Shown: piece by piece, positions 51,594 to 64,000 of the stretch
Layout of the letters: each line of letters opens with the position of its first letter
Numbering within the stretch: the stretch's first letter is position 1
DNA from: the human T2T-CHM13v2.0 reference genome, Homo sapiens
Strand: one strand, 5' to 3'
DNA: 64,000 nucleotides
Assembly (NCBI RefSeq): GCF_009914755.1
Contig: NC_060936.1
Notes under the pieces: model-generated
The model's input: only the letters and a program-made list of their open reading frames with translations
Told to the model about the DNA's origin: nothing
Database searches by the model: none
Translations under genes and position numbers: made by a program

Positions 51594-52626
51594 TGAGATT
51601 ACAGGTGCCCACCACCATGCCTAGCTAATTTTTGTATTTTTAATAGAGACGGGATTTCACCATGTTGGTCAGGCTGGTGTCAGACGCCTGACCTTTGATT
51701 CGCCTGCCTTGGTCTCCCAAAGTGCTGGGATTACAAGCGTGAGCCACCGCGCCTGGTTGCTTATGGGTAGTTTTTTATTGGGATGGTCAGATCAAGACCA
51801 GCTAGCTTCCTGGGTCTGTGGTGTTCTCATCTCTAAGCCACATATCACAGTACCTGGGACATTGCAAGGACTCCAGGCCTACTACAGGTATGTGGATTTG
51901 GATTAGACTCAGAGTTGTCATTTCAATATAAGACGGAACTGTTTCAAGAAGGTCAGCTGAAGATACTGTAAAGTATCTTGGTTTTCAGTCTCTCTAGTTT
52001 TTATATTTAAGGATCTTGATTCACTTGTAATATTCCCCACATTGAGGCTGGGTGCGGTGGATCACACCTGTAATTCTAGCACTTCGGGAGGCTGAGGCAG
52101 GCAGATCACTTGAGCCCCAGGAGTTTGAGACCAGCCTGGGCAACATGGCAAAACCCCATCTGTACAAAAAATACAAAAAAATTAGCCAGGCGTGGTGGCA
52201 CATGCCTGTGGTCCCAGCTACTCAGGAGGCTGAGGTGGAAGGATGGCTTGAGCCTGGGAGATCAAGGCTGCAGTGAGCCGTGATCACTGCATTGCACTCC
52301 AGCGAAGGTGACAGAGTGAGACCCTATCTCAAAATAAATCAATAAATATAAACAACAGATTATCCTCACACTGAATCACTACCTTTCTGCAGCACTTGTT
52401 CTGATGAATTTGAATCCCCAAGATTTGCTGTCTCTCTGAGTCACATTGTTGGAGCCAGGGTTTTAGAGTCTCTGGGGGTGAACCCCTACTCAGCCTGGTT
52501 GCCCAGTCGCTCTTGGGCTTGTCAAAAGCAGAGATGTTTGATGCTGAAAAAGTCTTCTCTTATGTTGTACTCATGTACAGCTTAGACCTGGAGAAAATAT
52601 CCTCACTGGACACTGGAGGGTACTAA

Positions 52627-53091
<465 letters not shown>

Positions 53092-53765
53092 TAGGCCTGG
53101 TATGGCCTAGAAGTAAACATCAGTCAAGGAACTATAGTATCCCAAGGCTGTAGGTCAATGTCTTCTATTTAAATAACAAAATTATTTTTAGTGGTTTATC
53201 TTTGCAGCCTGTCAGAAATTTTTATATTCATTGAAATAACTTTCTGATAAGTGTCAACTTTTGTAGCCTCATTCTTTTAGGTTGGTGCTAGCGCTTCAAC
53301 TTGGTTAACTGCAGACCTAGTCTGAATAGAATAGGCCATGTCAGAGGCCCAGTTCCCAGCTTGTGTTTCAGGTTTCACCCTTAGGATATGGCATAAGCTC
53401 TCAAACTATTAAAAAAGGCTAATAGCTTAGTGTTGAAGAACAGGCCTTGAGTCAGATGGACCTGGATTCAAATCCCTGTTCCCTCCTCTTACTGTTTGAG
53501 GGACTTTGGACATGTTACCTGACTTCTCTGAACTTGAGCTTCCTGATCTGTAAAACAGAGACAGTAACACCTCGAAGGGTTGTTGTAAGGAGTCTGGACT
53601 ATGGCAAGTGTCCTGCTATATAGCAAGTGCGCAGTAAACACTGGCCATTCTTCTTGTTGGTGTGGTTACTGGGATTGGTTGCCATTGTGCTGTTGGGACT
53701 GGTGATAGAACTCTTGGATTGAGAATGTCGAGATGGTGCACTGAAGATTCTGTGTGCTCTTTCAG

Positions 53766-53877
53766 ACCAGGAGGAGGATGAGGAGGAGGGAGGTGGAGAC
53801 GTGGACATCAGCGCAGGACGTTTTGTCCGCTATCAGTTCACACCGGCATTTCTCCGCCTCCGGACAGTCGGGGCTAC
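53766..53877 (+). CDS. UNC119B: UNC119B exon 3
   Basis: tttcag|; [38 protein letters not shown]; |gtgagt; 112 nt. Confidence 0.96.
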
Positions 53878-54007
53878 GTGAGTACCATTACTACCTGAGG
53901 GGAGAACATTCTGTTTGTTCACAGAGAAGAGTGTTTTCGGTTGGGTTTTGGGTTGGCTTTAGAGGAGGGAGGAGGCAAAGTCGGGCTTACAGAGATTTAT
54001 TTTCCAG

Positions 54008-54180
54008 GGTGGAGTTCACAGTGGGAGACAAACCTGTTTCAAACTTCCGGATGATCGAACGGCACTATTTCCGGGAACACTTGCTGAAAAACTTTGACTT
54101 TGATTTTGGCTTCTGCATCCCCAGCAGTAGGAACACTTGTGAACATATCTATGAGTTTCCCCAGCTTTCGGAGGATGTCA
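54008..54180 (+). CDS. UNC119B: UNC119B exon 4
   Basis: ttccag|; [57 protein letters not shown]; |gtatgt; 173 nt. Confidence 0.97.
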
Positions 54181-54423
54181 GTATGTATCCCCTGACCCTT
54201 ACAGCACTCTAGATTCTGAGGGCTACAAGGAACAAACCTTGAAACCCATCTGGTCCAGCGCCCTGGCATTGTCTCGTGGCAGTGCTGACATGATGCGTAT
54301 CTAGTCATTTGACCTCAGGCTTCTCATTTCCTATTGCTCCTGGCTCCTGTTCTAAACTCTGACTCGGCCCGTATGGGAGCAATGAAGGGTTTGTTTGTTT
54401 TTGTTTTTGTTTTTTTCCCCTGA

Positions 54424-54531
<108 letters not shown>

Positions 54532-56273
54532 TGAGTAGCTGGGATTACACCACACTTGGCTAGTTTTTGTATTTTCAGTAGAGACGGGATTTCACCATGT
54601 TGGTCAGGCTGGTCTCGAACACTTGACCTCATGATCCACTCTCCTCGGCCTCCCACAATGCTGGGATTACAGGTGTGAGCCACTGCCCCCGGCCCTTTTG
54701 TTTTTTTCTTTTTTTTTTGAGACGGAGTCTTGCCCTATTGCCCAGGCTGGAGTGCAGTGGCGCAGTCTTGGCTCAGTGCATCCTCCGTCTCCTGGGTTCA
54801 AGTGATTCTCCTGCCTCAGCCTCTCGAGTAGCTGGGATTATAGGCGCCTGCCACCATGCCCGGCTAATTTTTTGTATTTTTTGTAGAGACAGAGTTTCAC
54901 CATGTTGGTCAGGCTGGTCTCGAACTCCTGACCCTGTGATCCACCTGCCTCATCCTTCCAAAGTACTGGGGATTACAGGCGTGAGCCACTGTGCTCAGTC
55001 TGAAGGTTTTTTTTTTTTTTCTTTTTGAGACGGAGTCTTGATCTTGTCACCCAGGCTGGAGTGCAGTGGCGCAATCTCGGCTCACTGCAAGCTCTGCCTC
55101 CTGGGTTCATGCCATTCTGCCTCAGCCTCCTGAGTAGCTGAGACTACAGGTGCCCACCACCATGCCCGGCTAATTTTTTGTATTTTTAGTAGAGACGGGG
55201 TTTCACCGTGTTAGCCAGGATAGTCCCAATCTCCTGACCTCGTGATCCGCCTGCTTCGGCCTCCCAAAGTGCTGGAATTACAGGCTTGAGCCACTGCGCC
55301 CGGCCGGTCTGAAGGTTTTAATAATACAGGCCATCCTTTTAGATGCCTCCTGTGGGAAGACAGTGCCTAAGGGAGTTAAAAGGAGGCCTGTGACCATCCC
55401 TGGGACGCTGATCAGATAAAGCACCTCTCCTGTGCACTGTTAGTCATGGTTTTCCATTGTGTTTTAGTCATTGGCCCTTCACTTTTTTCTTAATCAGAGC
55501 TAGATGTGAAACTGCAGGCTAAATAGAATCAAGGCCAGAGGACTTCTTTTCCATTCCCTGCAGGATAGAGAGTTGATTGGATAAAGTGTTGAGATAGATC
55601 CAGCAGGAAGGAATGGGGCTGTTGCAGATTTTGGGGCAGGAGTGAGAAGGTGGAAATACTGTTTGAGGAAGAGTGGCCTAGACCTGGGGAGGGCACCAGA
55701 GGGAGAAGGCTGCTGCCGTGTAGCCTCGGCAAGGGAAGATGGGGACCAAACGAGAGAGAAAGAACAGCCCTTGTCAGTTTCTGCAACTTTGGCCTAGCCA
55801 CCTCAGGTTCGCATCCTTTGTGAATAGTTAAGGAAAATTCAAGTCATTTATGAGGGTGTGAATAGAATCCTGTGACTAGTGATGCCTGTAGTTGCCTTGC
55901 TGGCATCACTGATTGGTCCTCTCAGAATCCCAGGTCCTTAAGAATTGTCATATTCTGAAAACCAGATAACCTTTAATCGTGTGGCAGTACAGTTCCCAGG
56001 TAAAATGAGGATTGCTGAGATGTGGGGCAGGGTGTTGACGACAGCATCTGGTTCTGACTTGAACCCCTCTTCCCAAGCTGGCTAGAATATGTAGATACTT
56101 GCAAGAAAAGATGATGTATAGTGTTATAAGTTTTACCCATGAAGCCAAATCAGCCTGGAGGGCAATATTATGCATATAAACCGAGTAGTTTTGGCATTGG
56201 TGGGTTCAAAGAACTTTAAAAAATCAGTTTCACTTTTTGAGAACTGTGGTGAGCAACAGCATTTCCTCCAGGG

Positions 56274-56433
56274 GACTCCAAATGGCATGTAATCATTAAC
56301 TCAAAACTGATCAGAGGTAGTATTATCTTTATTCTCCAGTATGGTTAAAGACTCAAAATGGCATGTAATCATTAACTCAAAACTGATCAGAGGTAGTGAC
56401 TGTTAATTATCTTTACTCTCCAGTATGGTTAAA
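56274..56433 (+). repeat. Two-copy tandem duplication (76 bp + 84 bp)
   Basis: gactc.aaatggcatgtaatcattaactcaaaactgatcagaggtagt...attatcttta.tctccagtatggttaaa occurs twice; copy 2 has an extra gactgtta. Confidence 0.95.
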
Positions 56434-57057
56434 GAGGTCTGGGCAATTGCCTGAACAAACAAGACTTTACTTTAGATCCCAAGACAGGCAGACCTATTGC
56501 TGAATCATTTGCGAGTTAATACCCAGAAGGTCTCCGGAGAAGGCTCCCTGCCCTGTGTTCCTTGCACTCATTCCAATCTAGGTTTCCTTGGGTTGTCAGG
56601 GTTGTGTGTGGAGGTGGGCACAGTGAGGCTCAGATTTCTGAATTTGGAGTGGAATGTCTAGAGGTGGGCCACTGACCAGAGGCCAGGGCTGGCTTTGGTC
56701 AGCTGAGAGCACTGAGTAAATAGGTTGGTGGGGTCCATGTTGGGAAGAGGGGTGAGCACATTTCCCTGGTATCTTGGCTGAAGAATCCAGGCTGGAGATG
56801 ACAGAGGAGGCCATGGTGGAGAGTTGATTGCATCCTTATGTTGAAATGGAGATCATGTTCAGCTGGGGGAACTCTGTGGTCTCCCCAGCTGTCAAGGGCT
56901 GCCTCCCTCTGTTCTGACCTCATCGTTATTCTGGCAGAGTATACTCTGAAGCGCTGGCTTATTTTGGAGGGGATGCAAAGTTTTCTCCCACCTACCCTGT
57001 GGGGCAGACTCAAACATAATTCTTTGCTTTTTTCTTCCCCCTTTGCCTGACTTGCAG

Positions 57058-57170
57058 TTCGTCTAATGATTGAAAATCCTTACGAGACCCGCTCTGACAG
57101 CTTCTACTTTGTTGACAACAAGCTGATAATGCACAACAAGGCTGATTATGCCTATAATGGAGGCCAGTAA
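57058..57170 (+). CDS. UNC119B: UNC119B exon 5 CDS
   Basis: ttgcag|; [37 protein letters not shown]. Exon total 244+114+112+173+113=756 nt = 251 aa. Confidence 0.96.
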
Positions 57171-60100
57171 GTGCTGCAAGAGTAGGTAGGGGAGGTGCTT
57201 TGCCGCGGCCACAAGATCCTGGCACACGGAGATGATCGAAGCTGCAGTTTGTCAACACACATCTGGAACCTGGCCCCAGGAAGCCAAGGCTGGGGTGGCA
57301 GTTTCCTGCGCGCCAAAGGAGCTGCCAAACAGTGCTGTGTTTTCTTCCCCAGTATTTTTTCTTCCCTTTTTTTCCTGCCCCGTAGGTTGCAGAGGTACTA
57401 TAGTAAAGTAAAAGGTTAGGATAAGGGTCCTGGAATCCAGATAAAAAAGTTTATTTTCCGTAGTTCTGGCTGCCTGTTGGTTGTCTTGACGACCAGGCAT
57501 AGCTGTGCCTGGTGAGAAGGCTCTGGCCAGGCCCACCAGCAGGTCAGCAGCTCTTAAGGTTCCTGGGTGCTGTGGGAAGCTGAAAGGTAGGCCTCTTCCA
57601 GGTAGCTCCTCCTCTCACCTCCGGCATTGCCATCAGCGCAGTCTGCCCTCGGTCTGTGTGAAGTCTTAAACCAACTGGAAGACACTTGAAAGGGTGGGGA
57701 GGGAGGGAGGTGCCAAGAGTGGAGGCACCAAGGAATGGGTGATGCTGCCAAGCTGAAGGGTCTGCTTTGTGGAGAGGCTGCTGCTCTGTCTGACTTCCAG
57801 GGTCTCAGCCAGCCCTCCTGGGAATAGACCAAGTTTTCAGCCTGGCAGTGCCTTCTGTTCCCATTTTGGAGGACAGACAAGCTTGCTCCACATCTCCTGG
57901 CTCCTCCCTTCTGAGTCTCATGAAATAGAATGAGTCAGCTCTGCTCATGGAACAGTAGTATCTCTTGAGGCCAGAGCAGGTCTTGTATTTTGTTTTTTTA
58001 TTTCCAGACTTCTTTCGGGGAGGTTTTATAAAATGACAGTGGTGTTCCCAGCATATGTGATATGTGGTTAGACTTCTGATAGTATCAGCTTCCAGGGGCT
58101 AATCTGGCTTATGTTGGGAGGATATGCTTACGAATCAGCAGCAGCTTTCTAAAGGAGAGATTTGACTTTTCTCTGCACTGCACAGCCTGGAGGATTGGCT
58201 TTTGATGGGGATTTGCCTCCGAAGCTCTTTGTACATTTCTTGTTTAGGAGGGTTTTCCTATCTACCTTTCTACTGAAGTAGTTTCTGGAACTTTCCTGGT
58301 GGATCAGAGTTACGTAATGCAGTCTGAGCCTTCAGACTGCTAGTTAGAATTGTTTTAGGTGTTCAGAAAGGGCAAAATAGGCTGATGTGGCCTGTCAGAG
58401 TGATGTGTTCTCAAAAAAGTTCACTTGCACATCTGTGGGCTGCTTTTGTCCTCAGACCCTTAGTGGACAGACTCCACAAACCCTCTGATGAGACGATTGA
58501 TGTGGCCAGGGTCCAGTTAGCATCAGTAGAAGGATGTCACTAGGAAAGGCCCAGGTATCTGGTAAGTGACTGTGAGGTGTCACAGTACCTGTGACAGGAG
58601 AGTGTCCTGATGTGCTTGGGAGAAAGGCCGTATGGGGGCCAGGGATGGAAGAGACAGTGTGTGGCCACAGAAATTCCTGTCCATCCACCACCAGTGCTGC
58701 TCCCTGTGTGGGCTCTAGGGCGAGTGGCCCCGAACCTTGGCCCAGTGCTTTGTCCCAGGCCAGAGTCTTGGCAATGCCACATGCTGGCAGCTTTCTCACT
58801 GAGAAGGTCCTAGCTTACCCCTGTGTGCTGGCCTTGGATTCAGCCCCGAGAGAGGGGAGAGACCATTCCTCCTGTGGAGTGGGTTCCTTATCACCAGACC
58901 GGCCACTCTCAGAACTGGCGTCCACTGTAAATCCAGGTGCCTTACGTGTGGCTCTGTCCCTTATGCTGCAGGGGAAAGCTGCATTGCCATTGTTCCCACC
59001 TCCTCACTGGCAGAAAGATGCCAGGGCTGTTAGCACTGTCTCCTCACCTTCTGTTTCTCATTGTGGCTCCTCAAATGGGATTTGCATGTTCCTGTCAAGC
59101 GTAACAACAATCCCTTCTCTCTTTGACAGAGGCCCAGGTGGGACAGTTTCTACTATTTGATATTTGAGTATTATCTGGGATGTGGTTCTGGAGCTGCCCA
59201 GAGCTGTGCTTAGTAGAGTGTGTCTTGGAAACATGCCCCTGGGCACACTGTATCTGCTACATTAGTGGGCTATCTCTTATCTGCAGTGTTCGCTTTTGCT
59301 AGAAAGAGGATGTGGAGGAAGGAGGAGGTGGGCAATCTGGCTTGAGTTGTGCTGTATCCTCTTCCTTGTTAGCTTGCCTTAGTCTCACTGGAGACCATTT
59401 GCGGATAGTGCTTGGTCCATGCCCAGCAGGACAGGGCTTTGCTGCTTCTGAAAGTCTGGTGTTCTGTATCTGGGGCTGTGGGTTCCTGTGTCTAGCTGCT
59501 CAGGAAATCTTGAGAAGCATTCCACTCTGGGGTGTAAACCAGTATGAGTTTGAAATTCAAGCGTTTGTACCTGAGTTGGGGAGAGAATTGCAAGGCATAC
59601 TTTCTCTGAAAGTAACAGAACCATTCAGGCTGCCATGTTATTAAGGAATCTGAACTGTTGATAGCAGTTACCTTGTGGGTGATACAATGGGAGGCGGCAA
59701 AAAAACTACCTGCATAGGAGACCCTGCCCTTTGTCAAGAGCTGGGAGCACATTTCATCAGAGTAGCAGGCCCACCTGGTGCCAGAGGGCCTGCCCCTCCT
59801 GCTTCTGTTCCTTTGCCTTGCAGTCTCCTGGAGAGAGCCTCTCTTTTCCTGTACAGCCTTTGGGCCAAAATGCCCTTCTAGCTTCTCCAAAGAAGATCCG
59901 AGTTTATTTCATTCTATGTTTTAAGAGGTAAAAGGACATAACAAGTGAAGGAAGTTTTGGGCTAAAGTAGGCTATGTCTCCTTATGTATTACTCAATACT
60001 GTTTTGCAGAGAAAACATTTTTCAAGCATGTGCTTCCTGAAGACACCTCAGTCTTTGGGCCATTTGATTTCCAATACATAGGGTGGAAGAATGTGATTTT

Positions 60101-60780
60101 GGGGCTGACCATAAACTGGAAATTTGTGAAATGGCAGTGATTGGGCAATCTTCAGTTTATTTTTTCAGTTGAAGTGGAACTCATTTCTGGAATGGATTTA
60201 ATAGGCTGTGTCTAATGTACAAACTGGGTGAGTCCTGCCTTAGTGTGTCCTGCCCCACCGGTACGCTTCCAGGATACTCTTTTCCCCTCTGTAAAGTCAC
60301 TTTCTTCTGATGGCCAGTGTCACTATGATGTCAGTGAGGTCTGGGGATGAGGACAGTGTGTCCTGAAATTCACAGGACTGACTCCTCACCCCAGTGCACG
60401 AGGATTCCTGTGGCATCAGGTGCTGCTGTACCTGGTGTAGGAGCCTAATCATTGAACCATTGTGTTACTCACATTCCATGTCACAGAACATATCAGCCTC
60501 AAGAAGGATTTGGTGGAGGTGGATTTACCACTGGTTTTACAAAGGACCGTGTAAAGTCATTGAAGTTGTGAAAGTCTATTTTTTTTCCTGTAAATCTATT
60601 TTTTACAGAATATAAGAAACATCAATGACCTGATCTGTCCTTCCTCCTCCTTCCCGCTTCCCCCAAAATCACATTCCAGTTTTTATTGTCTTTGTGTCCA
60701 AAGTAAACTAGGTGACTTATTTGTATAAAATGTTATTTTGCCACATGAGACAGTAATAAAAGAAAGATTTTCACAGTACG
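57171..60780 (+). other. UNC119B: UNC119B 3' UTR
   Basis: Unique sequence up to AATAAA at 60755-60760. End approximate. Confidence 0.8.
60331..60404 (+). ncRNA. MIR4700: microRNA 4700 precursor hairpin
   Basis: Arm ctggggatgaggacagt can pair with actgactcctcaccccag. The sequence matches my recollection of hsa-mir-4700 (5p TCTGGGGATGAGGACAGTGTGT at 60340-60361). Confidence 0.8.
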
Positions 60781-61032
60781 TCTCCCTCGTCCTGTCTCCT
60801 GATTGTTGGGCCCGTTGTGTTGCTGAGGGGAGCAGGGGCGAATGGGGGCTCCAGGTTTCTCTTACTTTGGCTATTATGTGGCCCTTCTGTAAGTAGTTGA
60901 ACTAGAGTATAGCTGGCTTCTAGGGTGATTGAGGAATTGTACTGGACTTTAGGCTTAATATTTTTGCTTTATATTTTCCCAGGGTGAGTGGCTTTGTAAA
61001 TTGAAAGTTTACATGCATGTTTTAAAGGTAGG

Positions 61033-61326
<294 letters not shown>

Positions 61327-62799
61327 ATAAAGGTAGGCTTATTAAGAAATACTTTAACTACAGTAAAATTTACCTCAATTAAGAGTATTGATGCATTTTG
61401 ACAAATGAATACTTTTATTACCCATCACAATCATGATATAGGACATTTCCATCGTACCCACTCAGAAAGTTCCTGAGTTCCTTGTGTTTGCAGCCAGGTG
61501 ACTTCCCCCACTTCGCCTCTTGCAACCACTATCTGATTCTGTCTCTATTGGAAAACTTGGATACTTTTAAAATGAAATTTGAACGTTCATATTTACAGTC
61601 ACAAATTCTCAAGAGTCTGGTTTAGATGCTCTGTGGCACCTGAAGCAATTATTGGCCTTTGCTCACAAACACAACTCACTTATTTCTCCCTTTTCTCCTG
61701 CTTCTTCATCGTTTCTTCCACCCAGGGCTGGTTCCCAGGTGGGATGACTGAAAGGTGAGGAAGCCCTTAGAGCATTTGCCAATGGGAGCCATTCATTTGA
61801 CTTTAAAGTACTGAGAATTTAGAGGCGTTCTTTTAAATGCATTATTTAAAAAGAAAGGTAACACATTAAGGACTTTGCTGCATCTTTTGATTGGCTTTCT
61901 TCTAGGAAGTAGTGACCGAGGTTTCCACTTTCCTCCAAGAGGAAGAGACAGAAGTTTTGGCAAATAGGTCAGTGCTGGGAACAGATGCCTGCCTGGCTGA
62001 GTGCTGGGAAAGAAAGGCAGTTGGAGGGATGTGTGGGTGCCTGGGAGGGCGTGGGTGGTGCCCAGGAGGCTATGGGAATCAGAATCACACTTGCACAAGA
62101 GAAGACCCTTATGGGACAAGTAAAATCAGCATAGTTTCTTGGGCGGGGCAAAGGTGTCCTGATGAGGATGCTAGGGGTCAAATATGTGGCTGGGTTCTGC
62201 CCCAATCGGGAATGAGACACAGTACTGAAGTGGAACGGGGGTAGCATCTCCACCCACCTTCACAGCCTCTGGGGAAAAGAAAGCTTTCCTTGCAGCCCAA
62301 CTCCAGGGGCCTAAATATTGAGCGCCAACATAAGACAGGTCCTTGAGCTTCTCGGAGCGAGTCGGGGAAGCAGATAATTTCAGATGCAAAGTGCCTTGAA
62401 TAAACAGAACGAAAGATAGAGAGCCAGAGGGGGAGAAACGGCTTGGTGTGGTCAGGGCAGGCATCCATGAGACCTAAACGAAGAGGGGGCATTCCAGACA
62501 AAAGGAACAGTGATCACAGAGGCCCCGAGTCAGGAACCAGCTAAGGGTCTTAGAGAAGAGCTGCCTCGTAAAGCTAAGCAACAATAACCAGGGAATGGTG
62601 GGCATGGGCCCTGATAGACAAGGCAGGTCTTGGCTTTTTAAGCCATAGAATTGGATTTTAGGAGGGATGGGCCCGCCGACAAAGCCAACAAAGTTTTAAC
62701 CCGAAGATCGCTATCTTATTTATGCTTTAAAAAGACCTCTCTGGCCTTTCTGCGAAGCTCTATCCTTAGCTTTCTCTTGTTAGCATTTTGATTAACGAA

Positions 62800-63260
62800 T
62801 GTGGGCACGAACAGCCAGCTGACCGACCGCGCGCGCAGTCGAGCGTCGGTTCATCGCCTTGGGAGGGACCACTGGAGGCCCCGCCCCCTGGCCGCGAGCG
62901 CACCTCGGCCCCGCTCCCGAGGCCCTACGGGCGTGGCCTCTGTCCCGGGTCCCGCCCCCCAGCACTCCGGAACAGCGCGCTCGCAGCGGGAGGTCGCGAA
63001 GCCTGGGACTGTGTCTGTCGCCCATGGCCGCCGCGCTGCTCGCCCGGGCCTCGGGCCCTGCCCGCAGAGGTGAGTGCGCTGGGGATCCGTACGGCGGGGC
63101 TTCAGCCCGCGTCTGGCCCAGCGGGCGGAGGTCCTGGCGGCCGGCTCTGTCAGAGCCGCTGGCAGGCGGAGCCCCACTCCGGGAGCGCTCACGGCCTTTG
63201 CCCCAGTTCTGCTGCTCCTTGCGCCGACCCAGCCCGGCCCTTCAGGCGTCCCTGGTTCCT
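62800..63260 (+). promoter_or_regulatory. ACADS: ACADS CpG-island promoter
   Basis: CpG-rich with GC boxes at ~62879 and ~62951; no obvious TATA box. Confidence 0.8.
63024..63069 (+). CDS. ACADS: Short-chain acyl-CoA dehydrogenase exon 1 (start of mitochondrial targeting peptide)
   Basis: cccATGG; MAAALLARASGPARR; donor G|gtgagt; 46 nt; matches the SCAD N-terminus. The rest of the gene lies outside the window. Confidence 0.93.
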
Positions 63261-63887
63261 GCACAGACCCCTACCCCCCGATTGACCCCAGCCACCAGCC
63301 CAGTTCCCAGTTCCCATATCTCCCTCCCTTCATTTCACCCCCACTAGAGGTTCAGGGTGCGTCCTTCTTCCGGAGCCAGGCCTGGGATTGAACCAGACCC
63401 GCATCTGTGACCTTGGGCAAGACAGCCCCTCCTCAGCCTCGGTTGGCCCATGTGTAAAATGTCCACAGAGAAAATCAGAGTTGTTGGGAGGATTAAATCA
63501 TAGGGTATGTAAAGCACTTCGTGCCTGGCGTGTAACAGGTGTTCCACAAATGCTCGTTCTTGCTGGTTAATACAGTACCTTTCCCATCTTACGTGTCTCC
63601 AGTTGTAGCAGCCGTGACACATATAGCCACGGCTTCCTTTGCCTGGCCTGAATTACAAGGGGAACGCTACTGAGAACTGTGTTAAGCGCTAGTTAGTCTT
63701 TCTTTCGCACTCCGAGGAGCGGAATACTATTCGCCTCCACTTGTTATAGAAACGGAGGCTCACTGACGTTTAAAACCCTTGCCTAAGGTCACAGAGCTGA
63801 GGTCTTATTACTGTTGGTATTATACTGAGGACTGAAGGATGTAGTGTATGGAAATGTCTAGTGAGTGTACTAAGCATTCAGTTAGTA

Positions 63888-64000
63888 TGGGGTTTTCAGT
63901 GGCCGCCATGGACATTTTGGGCTGACAGTTCTTTGTTGTGGGGGCTGTCCTCTGCCTTGTTGGATGTTCAGCAGGGATCCCGGACCCCTATCCACTGGGT
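63888..64000 (+). mobile_element. MER20-like hAT relic (truncated by window end)
   Basis: 'gacattttgggctgacagttctttgttgtggggctgtcctctgccttgttggatgttcagcag'. Confidence 0.7.

Noticed and set aside
57165-57172. GTAAGT donor-like motif overlapping the UNC119B stop codon
   Set aside because: Weak exonic side (CCA|), phase 2 and so out of frame with ACADS exon 2; no evidence of use.

Overview
Mammalian DNA, recognisably human, from the CABP1-MLEC-UNC119B-ACADS locus (12q24.31 from prior knowledge). All four genes lie on the + strand. In order: the last exon and 3' UTR of CABP1 (~4.0-4.46 kb); an Alu-dense region (about 38 Alu pieces in the first 22.7 kb, plus L1, Tigger3, MER and LTR relics); the complete 5-exon MLEC gene (CDS 879 nt, 292 aa, ~5.3 kb 3' UTR); the complete 5-exon UNC119B gene (CDS 756 nt, 251 aa, with MIR4700 in its 3' UTR); and the CpG-island promoter and exon 1 of ACADS. 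The most unusual structure is just upstream of UNC119B. It holds two same-orientation copies (~93-95% identity) of the gene's own downstream sequence: the intron 2/exon 3 acceptor and an intron 1 segment. They are in reversed order, and one is bracketed by an 11-bp direct repeat. Other observations: three further short local duplications, an in-frame uORF in the MLEC leader, phase-compatible read-through junctions, and a possible stop-less circRNA. Repeat-family names and boundaries are by eye and approximate. Exon boundaries were checked by reading frame and GT-AG.
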